A stretch of 64,000 nucleotides of DNA. It comes from a virus (lineage: Duplodnaviria; Caudoviricetes). This document shows, piece by piece, positions 37,501-47,250 of this stretch (its first letter is position 1; each line of letters starts with the position of its first letter). Position numbers and translations under genes: made by a program. The DNA lies in IMG/VR virus record IMGVR_UViG_2828341930_000001, positions 72 to 64,071 of that record; one strand, written 5' to 3'. Under the pieces are notes generated by a model. The model searched no databases. It saw only the letters and a program-made list of their open reading frames with translations, and was not told where the DNA came from.

Positions 37501-40500
37501 GGGACTGGGGCCGCCGCCGGCTCCGCCGCGCAGTCGGGGGGCTGGCTGTCCGGACTTGGGTCCGTCAATTGGGCGGGAACGCTGGGCATCGCGGGTGCGT
37601 CCGCCGCGGTCGCCAGCACGCTGGGCAACTTGTTCGGCCAGTCGGATATCCAGCAGCGCAACAGCAGCATCTTCGGCGCCTTCCTGGGCGGCATCCCCGG
37701 CGCAATCCTGGGATCGATCTTCGGGCCCAGCAAAAGTGTCGGGCCGGTGGGCCAAATCGGGATCACACAGGGCGGCTTGGGTGCCGGCCAGGTGGTGGGC
37801 CTGGGGCCGGTGGGCGTGGACAACGGCCAAAGCCGAAGCGATGCGACGGCCTATGGCAAGAGCGCCATTTCCGCCATCAATAGCGCGGCGCAGACGGCGG
37901 GCGTTTCAAATCTGGTGTTGTCCCAGAACAGCGGATTTTTAAACGGCAACTATATAGAAACGATCAATGGGACGATCAATACGTTCGTAAACGGCGTGAA
38001 GAAGTCGTTCACGGACGGTGACGCGGCCATCGCCGACTTCGCGAAGCGCCTCTTGCAGGATGACCATTCGGGCGCGCTGAGCGCCGATGTGAAAACGGCC
38101 CTGGCCAACACCAAGGCGACCACGTCGGCGGAGCTGAACAGCGATATCGCCTTCGCCAAGAGCTTTCGCGACACGCTGTCCAGCTATTCCCAGGGCTTGG
38201 CGGCGGCGGACGATGTGCAGTTGCAGGCCAAGGCCAGCATCGTCAGCACGATCCAAAGCCTACAGGATTTCAAGAAGACCACGGCCGATCTCGGGCTGGA
38301 CACCGCCGCCGCCAACACCGCAGCCAGCGATTACCTGAAAAGCCTGCTGGGCATCACCCCCGCCGCCGCCACGCTGGACGCCACGCAACAGGCCGTCGCG
38401 AAGATAGACGGCGCGGTCCAGGGCGCCATCCCCTATCTGGCCGAATTCGGCATCAGCATCGATGACGTGACGGCGGCGGCCAAGAACGCCAAGGCCACGC
38501 TGTTGAGCGACTACATGGCCAAGCTGAACGATGCCTTCCTGCAAGCGGGCGACGCGGCGGAACAGGCGGCCTACGCGGAACAGCAGCTGGTGGCCCAACG
38601 CGCCACGGCCATCACCGACATCAAGGCCCTGGGCGGCTCAGAGGCCGATGTGGCCACGGCCAACACGGTCTATGCCCGGCTGATGCAGAACGTGGTGGAC
38701 CAGGCGCAGCTGTCGGGCGACGCGTTCAATGAGTTGCTGTCGCTGATGCCCGACCTGACGGGCCAAATCCACGCCTACAGCGCGGCGGTCGCCGACGCCA
38801 CGGACACGACAGCCGCCGCCACGGCGGCGGCCAACCTGGCGGCGGCCAACCGGGCGGCGGCGCAGGCCAAGGGCCAGGTCACCTATCTCAACGCCACCGG
38901 CGGCACGGTCACCGGGGCGCAGGACCTGACGGCCAGCCTGTCGGGGGCAACCGACCTGTCGGCCATCATCGCCACCATCGGCACGGACCTGGACAACATC
39001 ACCGCCCTGGGCAAGGCGGGGGTGGACAGCACCGACGCCTATCGCGGTGCCTTCGACAGGCTCAACGCCGCGCTCACCGCCGGTACCATCGCGCCGGCCG
39101 ACTACACCACCGCCTTGGGGGTACTGACTAGCCGGTTCCAGACGGCGCAGCAGTCGGTGTCCAGCCTGGCCGCGACGGCGTCGCAACTGACATCCGCCGG
39201 GGCCAGTGTCCAGGCCTATATCGACAAGGCCAAGTCGGGGGGTGTCACCAGCTATCTCAGCCCAACGGATCAGCTGTCCAACGCCCGGGACGCCTTTAAT
39301 CGCCAGCTGGCGCTTGCCCAGGCCAACGACAGCACGGCCCTGGGGGGCATCACTCAATACGCGGATACCTATCTCAGCGCCCTGACCAAAACGCAGGGGT
39401 CAGGCACCGACACCACGGCCACCATAAACGCGGTGCTGGCGCAATTGTCGGCCCTGCCGGCCACGCAGTCCTTCAACGATAAAAACCTGGCCCTGTTGGG
39501 CCAAATCGCGGCCAACACCAACAACGCCGCGGCGTCCCTGGCGCGCGCGGACGCCAACGGCGACAAGGTGATAACCTGGGCGGAATTCCAGAGTTGGGGC
39601 ACCGGCAATACGGCGTCGCTGAAGGCGATCGGCGCCCTGCTGAACCTGCCCGGCGGCGGCGATCTGGCCAGCATTTTCGCGGCCATCGACACCAATGGCG
39701 ATGGCACCATCAGCCAGCTGGAAAGCACCCGCGTCAGCCTGCTGTCCGCCCTGACGGGCCTGCCCAGCCCCACCGCCCTACAGGTGGGTGGTGCCCTGGC
39801 GCCCTATTTCGGCGCCCTGACATCGAGTACCAATGGCCGCCTGGACCTGGCCACATTTACCGCCGTCATGTCCGGCAAGGCCGACAACGGCACCCTGCAA
39901 TATTGGTTCGGGCAGCTGGACAGCAACGGCGATGGCGCCATCAGCCAGCTGGAGGTCACCCGGGCGCAGCTGCTGGACGGCCTGTCCGGCATCGCCACGC
40001 CCACCGCCCTACAGGTGGGCGGCGCCCTGGCGCCTTATTTCCAGCAGCTGGCGGCCATCGGCAACGGCCGCCTTGATCTGCCCACGTTTACCGCCGTCAT
40101 GGCCGGCAAGGCCGACAACGGCACCCTGTCCTACTGGTTTGCGCAGCTGGACAATAATGGCGACGGCGCCATCAGCCAGCTGGAGGTCACCCGGGCGCAG
40201 TTGCTGTCCGGCCTGTCCGGCATCGCCAGCCCGACGGCGCAACAGGTAGGCGGCGCCCTCAAGCCTTATTTCGATGATTTAACAGCCAGCACGAATGGCC
40301 TGCTCAGCCAGGCGACGTTCAAAAGCGTGCTGTCGGGCAAAGCCGACGACAGCACGTTGACCACGTGGTTCAAGCAGCTGGACGCAAATGGCGATGGCCA
40401 GCTGTCAAAATTGGAGACATTGAATTCCAGTACGGGCGACGTCACGAGCGCGGTCGGCGACCTCGCGGGGAGCGGTGCCAACGGCACGTTGGCAGACATC

Positions 40501-41046
40501 GCCGTGATCATCGCCACCGGCTTCAAGATCGTGAAAGACACGATCGATGCGACCAACATCCTGATCTACAACGCGGATGTGTGGCAGCGGGCGAAATGGG
40601 GCGATGAGTGGCCACGGCTGGACGGTTTGCGCGACGTCCTGGACGCCATCAACGTCTATTCCGGGAAGGTCACCTGGAATACAGCGCAGACGGCCGCAAA
40701 ATTGGGCGGCACACCCGCCTATGCCACCGGCACGGACTATCACCCCGGCGGCCTGGCCATCGTGGGCGAGCGTGGGCCGGAGGTGGCATGGCTGCCCACC
40801 GGCACCAGGGTGTGGCCCAACGGTTCGGCCCCCTCGTTCGGCGGCGGCTCGGTCAATACCGCAGGCGTCGAGGCGCGGTTGGATACGATCATCCGTCAGA
40901 ACAACCAGTTACTGGCGCAAATCCGCGCGGGCGGCTTGGCCAGTGTCGGCGGCTTGGGGAGGGTGGAAACGGCGATCAAGTCCACCGCGAACGCCGTTCG
41001 CGGTCCAGTTGGCGGCCTCACCACCATACAGCGGCGGGCGGGCTGA
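34519..41046 (+). CDS. Tape measure protein with C-terminal EF-hand repeats
   Basis: 2175 aa Ala-rich helical protein; C-terminal YATG...VGERGPE motif. Confidence 0.9.
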   Translation: MADRTLAIRLSLDGMTDFRDQMKAAGLEGTSAFNTINAAIDGTGRGVERLVVRLDPTIRATTSLSDAAGKLASAQAYLSTEMAKGGDAAERTAASLKVVQSASAQVAEIQAALAAKTISATEATQQLRQVMSGTANDSAKAAASFNALKASLDPAYAATQKLTEGRKTLDAALASGLTTEAEHAALLQKMGDGARFGATQTAILQSGVINTFQSIASGLPVGQTLLTQTVQTAPALAGMGVAALAAAAPFIVLGAAVAAMVVAHVQANAELKETNRVLALAGGAAGVTSSQFYELADQAAQSGQITRASALALQQTYAATGKIGGDMLSKLAAETKAWATLTAQSTEDASKQLAGYFSDPSSAATQLAKSLNLLSLQQVQTIQSMDRTGNSAGAQAALFAAIKDRADQAKESLGYFGQALNNIADNWERIKHWGAPDALPPVQRLADVTAQYDAVLKELREDQAKAATDDDYVGAVVADQQKLAALVRQAEDLRRSIASQTRQASAGADQTAANDLGAKVMPIVNALPDAQIKGLNADILALSRAFLTIDPATGKSVISATQYAQAVQAARAQIEGLQQPYQKWLDQQRIEQQVLAADPALRDQLRARLQAEYAARTVNASAIEKGAMAAGAEASVVRARDDAYLRSAAAASASTAATLTVADAYGVSAEAGLRAAEAAKVQDQARTDLTVRTHQQEVVERNLAAASAASYAALAQQVQQLDVATQQQDALAAASAKGAQALADQTIANQAAVMVQKAINDAKAAGITLTQQEIEVKRQEIEVDLKRQALDQQRIAADNELRSANDNITYLQAEIDTLGMDSQARAVLLAQMKAEQQLRANNLALYSSEDAADKEKVRSLIDAAGKTAALTAENERLTAAYQTFSDLGTSTFDAMIQKVVSASDATATWKDMFRGLVAEIETAGIKLAVLNPLKNWLSGDNKLPTLSDLTKVAGNAQGAAGSGSSSGAANDNPLAINTGTGLLKYLDIGGSSSGGTGAAAGSAAQSGGWLSGLGSVNWAGTLGIAGASAAVASTLGNLFGQSDIQQRNSSIFGAFLGGIPGAILGSIFGPSKSVGPVGQIGITQGGLGAGQVVGLGPVGVDNGQSRSDATAYGKSAISAINSAAQTAGVSNLVLSQNSGFLNGNYIETINGTINTFVNGVKKSFTDGDAAIADFAKRLLQDDHSGALSADVKTALANTKATTSAELNSDIAFAKSFRDTLSSYSQGLAAADDVQLQAKASIVSTIQSLQDFKKTTADLGLDTAAANTAASDYLKSLLGITPAAATLDATQQAVAKIDGAVQGAIPYLAEFGISIDDVTAAAKNAKATLLSDYMAKLNDAFLQAGDAAEQAAYAEQQLVAQRATAITDIKALGGSEADVATANTVYARLMQNVVDQAQLSGDAFNELLSLMPDLTGQIHAYSAAVADATDTTAAATAAANLAAANRAAAQAKGQVTYLNATGGTVTGAQDLTASLSGATDLSAIIATIGTDLDNITALGKAGVDSTDAYRGAFDRLNAALTAGTIAPADYTTALGVLTSRFQTAQQSVSSLAATASQLTSAGASVQAYIDKAKSGGVTSYLSPTDQLSNARDAFNRQLALAQANDSTALGGITQYADTYLSALTKTQGSGTDTTATINAVLAQLSALPATQSFNDKNLALLGQIAANTNNAAASLARADANGDKVITWAEFQSWGTGNTASLKAIGALLNLPGGGDLASIFAAIDTNGDGTISQLESTRVSLLSALTGLPSPTALQVGGALAPYFGALTSSTNGRLDLATFTAVMSGKADNGTLQYWFGQLDSNGDGAISQLEVTRAQLLDGLSGIATPTALQVGGALAPYFQQLAAIGNGRLDLPTFTAVMAGKADNGTLSYWFAQLDNNGDGAISQLEVTRAQLLSGLSGIASPTAQQVGGALKPYFDDLTASTNGLLSQATFKSVLSGKADDSTLTTWFKQLDANGDGQLSKLETLNSSTGDVTSAVGDLAGSGANGTLADIAVIIATGFKIVKDTIDATNILIYNADVWQRAKWGDEWPRLDGLRDVLDAINVYSGKVTWNTAQTAAKLGGTPAYATGTDYHPGGLAIVGERGPEVAWLPTGTRVWPNGSAPSFGGGSVNTAGVEARLDTIIRQNNQLLAQIRAGGLASVGGLGRVETAIKSTANAVRGPVGGLTTIQRRAG
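39688..40420 (+). repeat. 231 bp (77 aa) tandem repeat in TMP
   Basis: DxNGDG starts at 39688, 39919, 40150, 40381. Confidence 0.9.
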
Positions 41047-42575
41047 TGCCGTACCTGGCGGATTTCTACCCCTACCGGGTGTCGGCGGGGGCTGAGGTGC
41101 TGTTGCCGTTCAGTGACGTGGGTTTCGTGACGGGGCCCGGCGACAGCCCGCCTAACACCCTGTATGAGCGCGCCATTGATGTGCCTCTAACGGAAACCCG
41201 GTCACTGACCAGCGGCGACACGGTCGGGGGCTATTCCTCCCCCTCCGGCGGCACCATCACCATCACCAACATGGATGGATCCCGTAACGCCATCGTGGGG
41301 CCGGACTACCGCTGGTCCGGCCGGCGCTTCGTCCTGTACTACACCGACAAGGACAGCCCCACGCTGGCGGATTTCCAGGTGGCGCGGACAGGGGTGGTTG
41401 ATCAGGTCATCGGCGGCACCACCATCACCATCCGCATCCTCGACCGCAGCGCGCGGTTTGACGTGCCCGCCACCACCGGCACCTTCGCCGGCACGGGCGG
41501 TATCGAGGGCACGGCGGAAATGGCGGGGCGCGGCCTACCGTGGGCCTACGGGGATGTGGTGCAGGTGTCTCCGGTGTCCCTGGGCGCCCTGCTGATCTAC
41601 ATGGTTGATAAGCGCGGGTTCACCGCCCTGGTGTGGGTCAAGGATGGCGGCAAGGTTCTGCCCAGCGCCGGGCCCGACGTCGCCACCTACGCCGCTTTGG
41701 CGGCACTCAGCATGTCCGGATATGACTACGCCACCTGCAAGGCGTTGGGGCTGATCCGGCTCGCGACCGATACAGCCTCGACGCTTATCGTCCGCGTCCA
41801 GGGCATCACCGTCAGTGGCACCTATGTGACGTCGTTCCCGGATATCGTCCGTCACATCGTCACCACCATGGGCGACATGACCTCCGGCGACATCAACGCC
41901 GCCTCCCTCGCCGCATTCGCGGCGCTGCCGGGTGGGTCCGCCGCGCTGGCGTACTACCATGACGGGGCGTCCGATGTGACCATCCGCCAAGTGGTGGATG
42001 AGCTGGCGTCCGACGTCGGCGCCTGCTGGGGCTTCGACCTGCTGGACCAACTGTACATGGTGCGTTTCGACGCGCCGGCCGATACCCCGGACTACACGGT
42101 GACCGACCGCGACTATACGGAGCTGGTGCCGCAGGAGGTGCCGCGGCGCCTGCGCAATTGCACCCTGGGCTATGAATGGCATTACACGGTGCTGGACGAC
42201 AGCAGCATCCTGCCCGGCGCCGGCACCGTGCCGGAGGCCGACAAGCCCGGTTTGAAAGCCCAATGCCTGTGGGCGCCCACCGCGACCAATGCCGACGTGG
42301 CGGCGCACGAACTGCTGTACAGCGACGTGAGGGTTCAAACCCATTTCGTGAATTCCGCCGATACGGAGTTCGAGGCCAACCGCCGGGCCGTGGTGTACGG
42401 CGACTGGTCTGCCGCCTACTCCCTCACTATGCCGCTGATCCCTGGCCTGTTGCCCGGCTGCACCGTCGCTATCGTCGACCCCGTGTGGGTGCCGGGCGGA
42501 TCGCACAGCATCGTGGTCACCAGCGTACAGCCGGCGGGAAGTTCCAATCTCATGACCGTGACGGGGCGGGGCTGA
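41046..42575 (+). CDS. Tail tip/hub protein
   Basis: Follows TMP with TGATG coupling. Confidence 0.7.
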   Translation: MPYLADFYPYRVSAGAEVLLPFSDVGFVTGPGDSPPNTLYERAIDVPLTETRSLTSGDTVGGYSSPSGGTITITNMDGSRNAIVGPDYRWSGRRFVLYYTDKDSPTLADFQVARTGVVDQVIGGTTITIRILDRSARFDVPATTGTFAGTGGIEGTAEMAGRGLPWAYGDVVQVSPVSLGALLIYMVDKRGFTALVWVKDGGKVLPSAGPDVATYAALAALSMSGYDYATCKALGLIRLATDTASTLIVRVQGITVSGTYVTSFPDIVRHIVTTMGDMTSGDINAASLAAFAALPGGSAALAYYHDGASDVTIRQVVDELASDVGACWGFDLLDQLYMVRFDAPADTPDYTVTDRDYTELVPQEVPRRLRNCTLGYEWHYTVLDDSSILPGAGTVPEADKPGLKAQCLWAPTATNADVAAHELLYSDVRVQTHFVNSADTEFEANRRAVVYGDWSAAYSLTMPLIPGLLPGCTVAIVDPVWVPGGSHSIVVTSVQPAGSSNLMTVTGRG

Positions 42576-43438
42576 TGGGTAACGTCGCCATTCTGTGGAA
42601 GCATGTATCCGACATAGGCGCCCTTACCGATGGCGGGGTCGCCGGTTGGGTGGAAAGTGGCGGGCTGAGCCTGCAAAACCTGCGGCTTCAGGACATCAAG
42701 AAGCCCGCCCGTTTCCTGAACATCGCCAGCCATGCCGCCCGGATGCAGGTGGACATGGGTAGCCTGCAGGCGGTGTCCAGCGTCGTGCTTGTCGCGCACA
42801 ACGCATCCGCCGCCGCCACCCTGACCCTAACGCTGTCGAATACGCCAGATTTCAGCGCCCCGGTGGCGACCGCGACGGGCCCCATGTGGCTGCCCACGGC
42901 CGTGCCGGGCACCCTGCCGTGGGGCGTTTGGCCGTGGAGCGGCGTTGACCGGGCCGCATACCCCACCACCTACACGGCTTATCTGCTGCTGTCGCAAACC
43001 TATTTCGCCCGCTACCTGCGGGTGGAGGTGACGGACCCCGCCAACCCGGATGGATATTTCCAGGCCGGGCGCCTGCTGGCGGGCGTCGCGTACCAGCCGC
43101 CGCGCAATTACAGCTATGGCCTGCACGTTAAGCCTGTGGACCCATCACAGACTTATGAAACCCCCGGCGGCGCCTTCGGCGCGGCATCCCGGCCCATGCG
43201 GCGGGAATTCGGGCTTCCTTTCGACTATCAGTCCAGGGAATTCGCCTGGGGCGTCCATCACGACATGTGCATGCGGCTGGGCATCCGACGGGAGTTGTTC
43301 ATCATCCTGAACCCGGATGAGGACGCGCCGTATCTGGCGCGGCAGATGTTCTATTGCCGGATGACTGACATGTCCGAGGTCACCAACACCCATCACAATT
43401 TGTGGGGCTTTTCCCCCACCTTTGCGGAGCTGATCTGA
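42575..43438 (+). CDS. Distal tail protein
   Basis: ARYLRVEVTDPANPDGYFQAGRL..., NYSYG. Confidence 0.7.
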   Translation: MGNVAILWKHVSDIGALTDGGVAGWVESGGLSLQNLRLQDIKKPARFLNIASHAARMQVDMGSLQAVSSVVLVAHNASAAATLTLTLSNTPDFSAPVATATGPMWLPTAVPGTLPWGVWPWSGVDRAAYPTTYTAYLLLSQTYFARYLRVEVTDPANPDGYFQAGRLLAGVAYQPPRNYSYGLHVKPVDPSQTYETPGGAFGAASRPMRREFGLPFDYQSREFAWGVHHDMCMRLGIRRELFIILNPDEDAPYLARQMFYCRMTDMSEVTNTHHNLWGFSPTFAELI

Positions 43439-46371
43439 TGTCTACCAGCTGGGTATTAAACGGCACCACCTATTCCGAGGATGATTTCTCGCTGGAGAAT
43501 GTCGGTTACTACAAAATCTGGGCGCGGTTCTGGAGAGACGCGCTGGCAGAAATCGGCAACTCCAGCCCAAACCTCGTGATGCAGTCGGTCACCGCGCTGG
43601 TGGCCATCGTCCAGGGCTATGCGGCGCAGGCGGCGGCGGCGCGGGATGGGGCGGTGGCCGTGTCGGGCCTGGGCGACCTGGGCGCATTCTCGGGGCAGGT
43701 CCAGGCCGGCGCACCCGCCGCAGTGTTCTTTTACGATACGACGCGGGACGGGGACGGCGGCGCGTGGCGTCTACGCTGCGCCGGAAAGACCTGGGCGACG
43801 CAGGTGCTGAATACCAGCACTCGGGGCAAGCGCGCGGATTTCCCGGGCCGGGTGATGTTCGTAGCCGATGCCACGGCCCGAACCGTCACGGCCTATGACT
43901 GCGACCAGTCCACGCCCGTGATGTGGGCGGTGATCGGCGGCCCCGGCAAGAATGTCGACCTAGGGGCGGGCGTGCCGCAGATGCTGGCCCGCAACGGCTG
44001 CCTGTACATCGCGAGCAACTCGACAGGGTTGTTCGAGATCAATTTCCTGGGCGCCGAGATCGTGACCCGCGTCACGGCGGGCGGCACCTACATCCGGGGA
44101 GAGCCGGGGGTGGTCAATGCCAACAACGCGCTGTCGGAAAGTGTTTACCTCCCGGCCCGGGCGCTGGTGACCAACGGCGCGGCGGGCGTGGACGTCACCG
44201 TCCTGCCGGGCGCGCCGATTGACCGGGCCACCGGGCTGCCCCGCCCCACCATCGCCGTGGCGACGCCCGGCGGGGTCAGTGTCATCCACCCATCGGGCCA
44301 GGTCGCCACCATCACCGACGCGAGCGGCGCCGCCGCCGTCTGGTTCACGTCCGATGGGCGCTTGGGCTACATCTCCGGCGGCGGCATCATCAGCCTTGGC
44401 CCCGTCCCCTATTCCACTGTCGCGGCGACCGCTTGGCGCCAGTACATTTACGGCGACGCCGCCACATCCGGGGCGATCAACCGGCCGGGGACGGTGGCGG
44501 TCACCAAGGCCATCGTGGGGGGGTGGTTCGGCGGCGGCGCCGGCCTCTGTCTGCTGGCGGAAGACGCCGTCAATCCCACCGCCGGCATGCAGGCGGTGGT
44601 CACATCGGCGGGAAATACAGCCTATGGCGGCGGGGCGTTCAACAGCGGGTGGATGCCAGGCGATATCCGCCTGGCATTGAGTTCCACCGCCACCGGCAGC
44701 GTCACGACCAGCGGGGAGCTGGTCGCCAACGGCACCTTCGCCAGCAGCCTGACGGGCTGGACGGCGGGCGCCGGATGGGCGCAATCCAGCGGTGCCGCCG
44801 CCAAGACGGCGGGTTCCGCCGGAAACCTGTCGCAGACCATCGCCACGGTGGCGGGCCAGACTTATCTGTTCGCGGCCGACGCCACCCGCAGCGCCGGCAC
44901 CCTGACGGTGCAGGTGGCGGGTGCGACGGTCGCGACCGTCACGGCCAACGGCACCATGCTCGTCCAGTTCACGGCGACGGCGTCGAGCACGGCGATTTCA
45001 TTCGCCGGCGATGCCAGCTTCGCCGGCACGGTGGATAACGTTTCGGTGATGGGGGCGGAGCCCGACCGCTGCGTCAGGGCCATCGGCATGCGGGTGATGG
45101 GCAGCCTCACCAGGGCGGCGGTATCCGCCATCGCCCCCACCGATCTATCGGCCTGGGGTGGTTTCAGCACCAGCAACTACCTGCTGCAACCGCCATCCGC
45201 CGCGTTGGATTTCGGCACCGGGGATTTCAGCCTGTCCGTGTGGCTACGCGCGGGGGCCGTCAACCAGTTCGTGGTCGCGCGCCAGCCGGGGACGGGTGCC
45301 GGCTATGGGACAACGCCAAATTGGGAGCTGTTCACCAACGGCTCGGGCAACTATCAGTTCAACATCAGCGATGGCACGAACGGCGCCTTCGTGGCGGATG
45401 CCGGCACCCATACCGCCGGCACCAGTTATGACCATGTGGTGGCCGTCAAGCGTGGCAGCACCCTGGAAATCTGGGTCAATGGATGGCGTGCCGCGACCGC
45501 CAGCGCGGGGGCCGTGGGGTCCCTGACCAATACCGCCGCATCACTGTTGGTCGGGTGCGGATATTCCGGTGGGGCGTTGACCGGCGCATGGTCGGCCGGC
45601 GCCGTCGCGCTGCTGCGGATCAGCGCGACGGCGCCCACCCCGGAACAGATCACCCGCATCTTCGCGGATGAGGCGCCGCTGTTCCGGGCTGGCGCCCGCT
45701 GCGTGTTGGGGGGCGCCTCCGCCGCCGTCCAGGCCCTGGCCCATGATCCCGACACGGGCGCGCTCTATGCCGCCAAGGGGGACGGGACCTCGGTATTCCA
45801 GGGGCTGATCCGCACGGCGCACCTCGCCGGGTTGGCCGCGACCAACAACAGCGACAACCATACGGGGGTGGCGGCGCGACAGGGCGGCTATGTCATCGCG
45901 ACCGGCAACCAGGCCGTCGCCGGCCAACCACCCATCTTCCTGCGGGACCGCATCCTGTCTGACAGGGTGCCGGTGGCGCCCATCGATGGCGTCCATGTCG
46001 CCTTCCCGGTGGGGCGGACCACGGACGCCACGGCCACGGTGGTGGCCCGCTTCCCGGTGGCGGAAGGCGACCACGGCCAGGTGGTCTTCAACGTCACGGC
46101 GGCGGAATGGGGGGCGGCGCCAACGGAAATCGACGGCTATCAGGTGCGCGCCCGTTTTTACCGGCTGCCCAACGGCAATGTGACGATAACGGGCGTCCAG
46201 CACCTGGGCACGGACACGGAGAGCAACACGACCGCGATGGATGCCACCCTCGTGGCCTTGAACGATGCCGCCCCCGGGGTTGGGCTTCAAGTCCAGGGGG
46301 TGGCGGGCAAAACCATCGGCTGGGCGTCCGCGGCCGAAATCACCCGCTTCGGCGGCGCCCGTTACAGCTGA
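43438..46371 (+). CDS. Tail fibre/receptor-binding protein with CBM-like and LamG/concanavalin-like domains
   Basis: ELVANGTFASSLTGW...SQTIATVAGQTY; DFGTGDFSLSVW...DHVVAVKRGSTLEIWVNG. Confidence 0.8.
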   Translation: MSTSWVLNGTTYSEDDFSLENVGYYKIWARFWRDALAEIGNSSPNLVMQSVTALVAIVQGYAAQAAAARDGAVAVSGLGDLGAFSGQVQAGAPAAVFFYDTTRDGDGGAWRLRCAGKTWATQVLNTSTRGKRADFPGRVMFVADATARTVTAYDCDQSTPVMWAVIGGPGKNVDLGAGVPQMLARNGCLYIASNSTGLFEINFLGAEIVTRVTAGGTYIRGEPGVVNANNALSESVYLPARALVTNGAAGVDVTVLPGAPIDRATGLPRPTIAVATPGGVSVIHPSGQVATITDASGAAAVWFTSDGRLGYISGGGIISLGPVPYSTVAATAWRQYIYGDAATSGAINRPGTVAVTKAIVGGWFGGGAGLCLLAEDAVNPTAGMQAVVTSAGNTAYGGGAFNSGWMPGDIRLALSSTATGSVTTSGELVANGTFASSLTGWTAGAGWAQSSGAAAKTAGSAGNLSQTIATVAGQTYLFAADATRSAGTLTVQVAGATVATVTANGTMLVQFTATASSTAISFAGDASFAGTVDNVSVMGAEPDRCVRAIGMRVMGSLTRAAVSAIAPTDLSAWGGFSTSNYLLQPPSAALDFGTGDFSLSVWLRAGAVNQFVVARQPGTGAGYGTTPNWELFTNGSGNYQFNISDGTNGAFVADAGTHTAGTSYDHVVAVKRGSTLEIWVNGWRAATASAGAVGSLTNTAASLLVGCGYSGGALTGAWSAGAVALLRISATAPTPEQITRIFADEAPLFRAGARCVLGGASAAVQALAHDPDTGALYAAKGDGTSVFQGLIRTAHLAGLAATNNSDNHTGVAARQGGYVIATGNQAVAGQPPIFLRDRILSDRVPVAPIDGVHVAFPVGRTTDATATVVARFPVAEGDHGQVVFNVTAAEWGAAPTEIDGYQVRARFYRLPNGNVTITGVQHLGTDTESNTTAMDATLVALNDAAPGVGLQVQGVAGKTIGWASAAEITRFGGARYS

Positions 46372-46384
46372 TCCAAGGGGGAGC

Positions 46385-47173
46385 ATGATGCGCGCAATCG
46401 ATATGGCCGACAGCTATCGCGCCGGCCGGTATGTCAACGTTTGGACCCTGGTCGGCGGCTGGCCCCGCTGCCACGGCGGCCCGATGGATGTGACCACGGT
46501 GGATCAACCCGTCATCGCCAGACAGCTGGCAATTAATGCCGCTGTGCGCGCCCTGGCGGCCGCCGCCGACGCCTATGAGGCGGCGGCGCACCTGACGGCC
46601 CGTCCCTGCCCACCCGTGACGCTGGGGGCAGGCCCCGATGGTGCGGCCGTACCGAACCCCGCTTTCCAGGCATGGACGGACGCCCTGGCCCTGGTGTCCG
46701 GCGCCGGTAGGGACCTGCTGTGCCTGGTCGCGACGCGAGGGGCCGATTACCCCCGTGGCGATGACGGCCAGCCCATCGCTGCCTATGTGATGGATCTGCC
46801 GCCCCCCCCAACCTTGACGCCCGGCGCCGAAACCGCCGATTGGGACGGCACTGCCTGGACCGTCCGGCCGGTGACGGCGGATGAGGCGGTCGCATGGCGC
46901 GCCCTGATGGCTGTGCGCTACCCCCGGCGGATGAGTGCGTCCGACCTGGTGGTGCGCCTGCTGACCGGCGCCGAATGGTTGGCCATCGTGGCCGATGCCC
47001 ACCCGTCAGAAGGTGGGGCTTCCCTGGCGGCCCTGCTGCTGGGGGCGGGCACGCAATACGTTGATTTGGATGCCGAGCGCACGGCGGCCCAGCTGCGGGC
47101 GTGGGTGGACAGGGGCCTGATCACGCCCGACCGGATGGCCTGGATCCTGACCGGCCAGCCGCCCGCCGAATGA
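46385..47173 (+). CDS. Tail-associated/fibre assembly-like protein
   Basis: Follows fibre; WDGTAWTV motif. Confidence 0.55.
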   Translation: MMRAIDMADSYRAGRYVNVWTLVGGWPRCHGGPMDVTTVDQPVIARQLAINAAVRALAAAADAYEAAAHLTARPCPPVTLGAGPDGAAVPNPAFQAWTDALALVSGAGRDLLCLVATRGADYPRGDDGQPIAAYVMDLPPPPTLTPGAETADWDGTAWTVRPVTADEAVAWRALMAVRYPRRMSASDLVVRLLTGAEWLAIVADAHPSEGGASLAALLLGAGTQYVDLDAERTAAQLRAWVDRGLITPDRMAWILTGQPPAE

Positions 47174-47201
47174 GCGCGAACGCCGTTCGCTTGAGTGCCG
47201 C

Positions 47202-47228
47202 GCCCGCCCTTTCCGGCGGGCTTTTTAT
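47202..47228 (+). terminator. Intrinsic terminator before lysis genes
   Basis: GCCCGCC/GGCGGGC-TTTTT. Confidence 0.65.
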
Positions 47229-47250
47229 TGCCTGCCCGGTGGGGCGAAAG

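Noticed and set aside
34948-37830. 960 aa minus-strand ORF (also 25732-27639, 19106-20002, 41535-42506 and similar)
   Set aside because: Antisense shadows of high-GC structural genes with no motifs or RBS.
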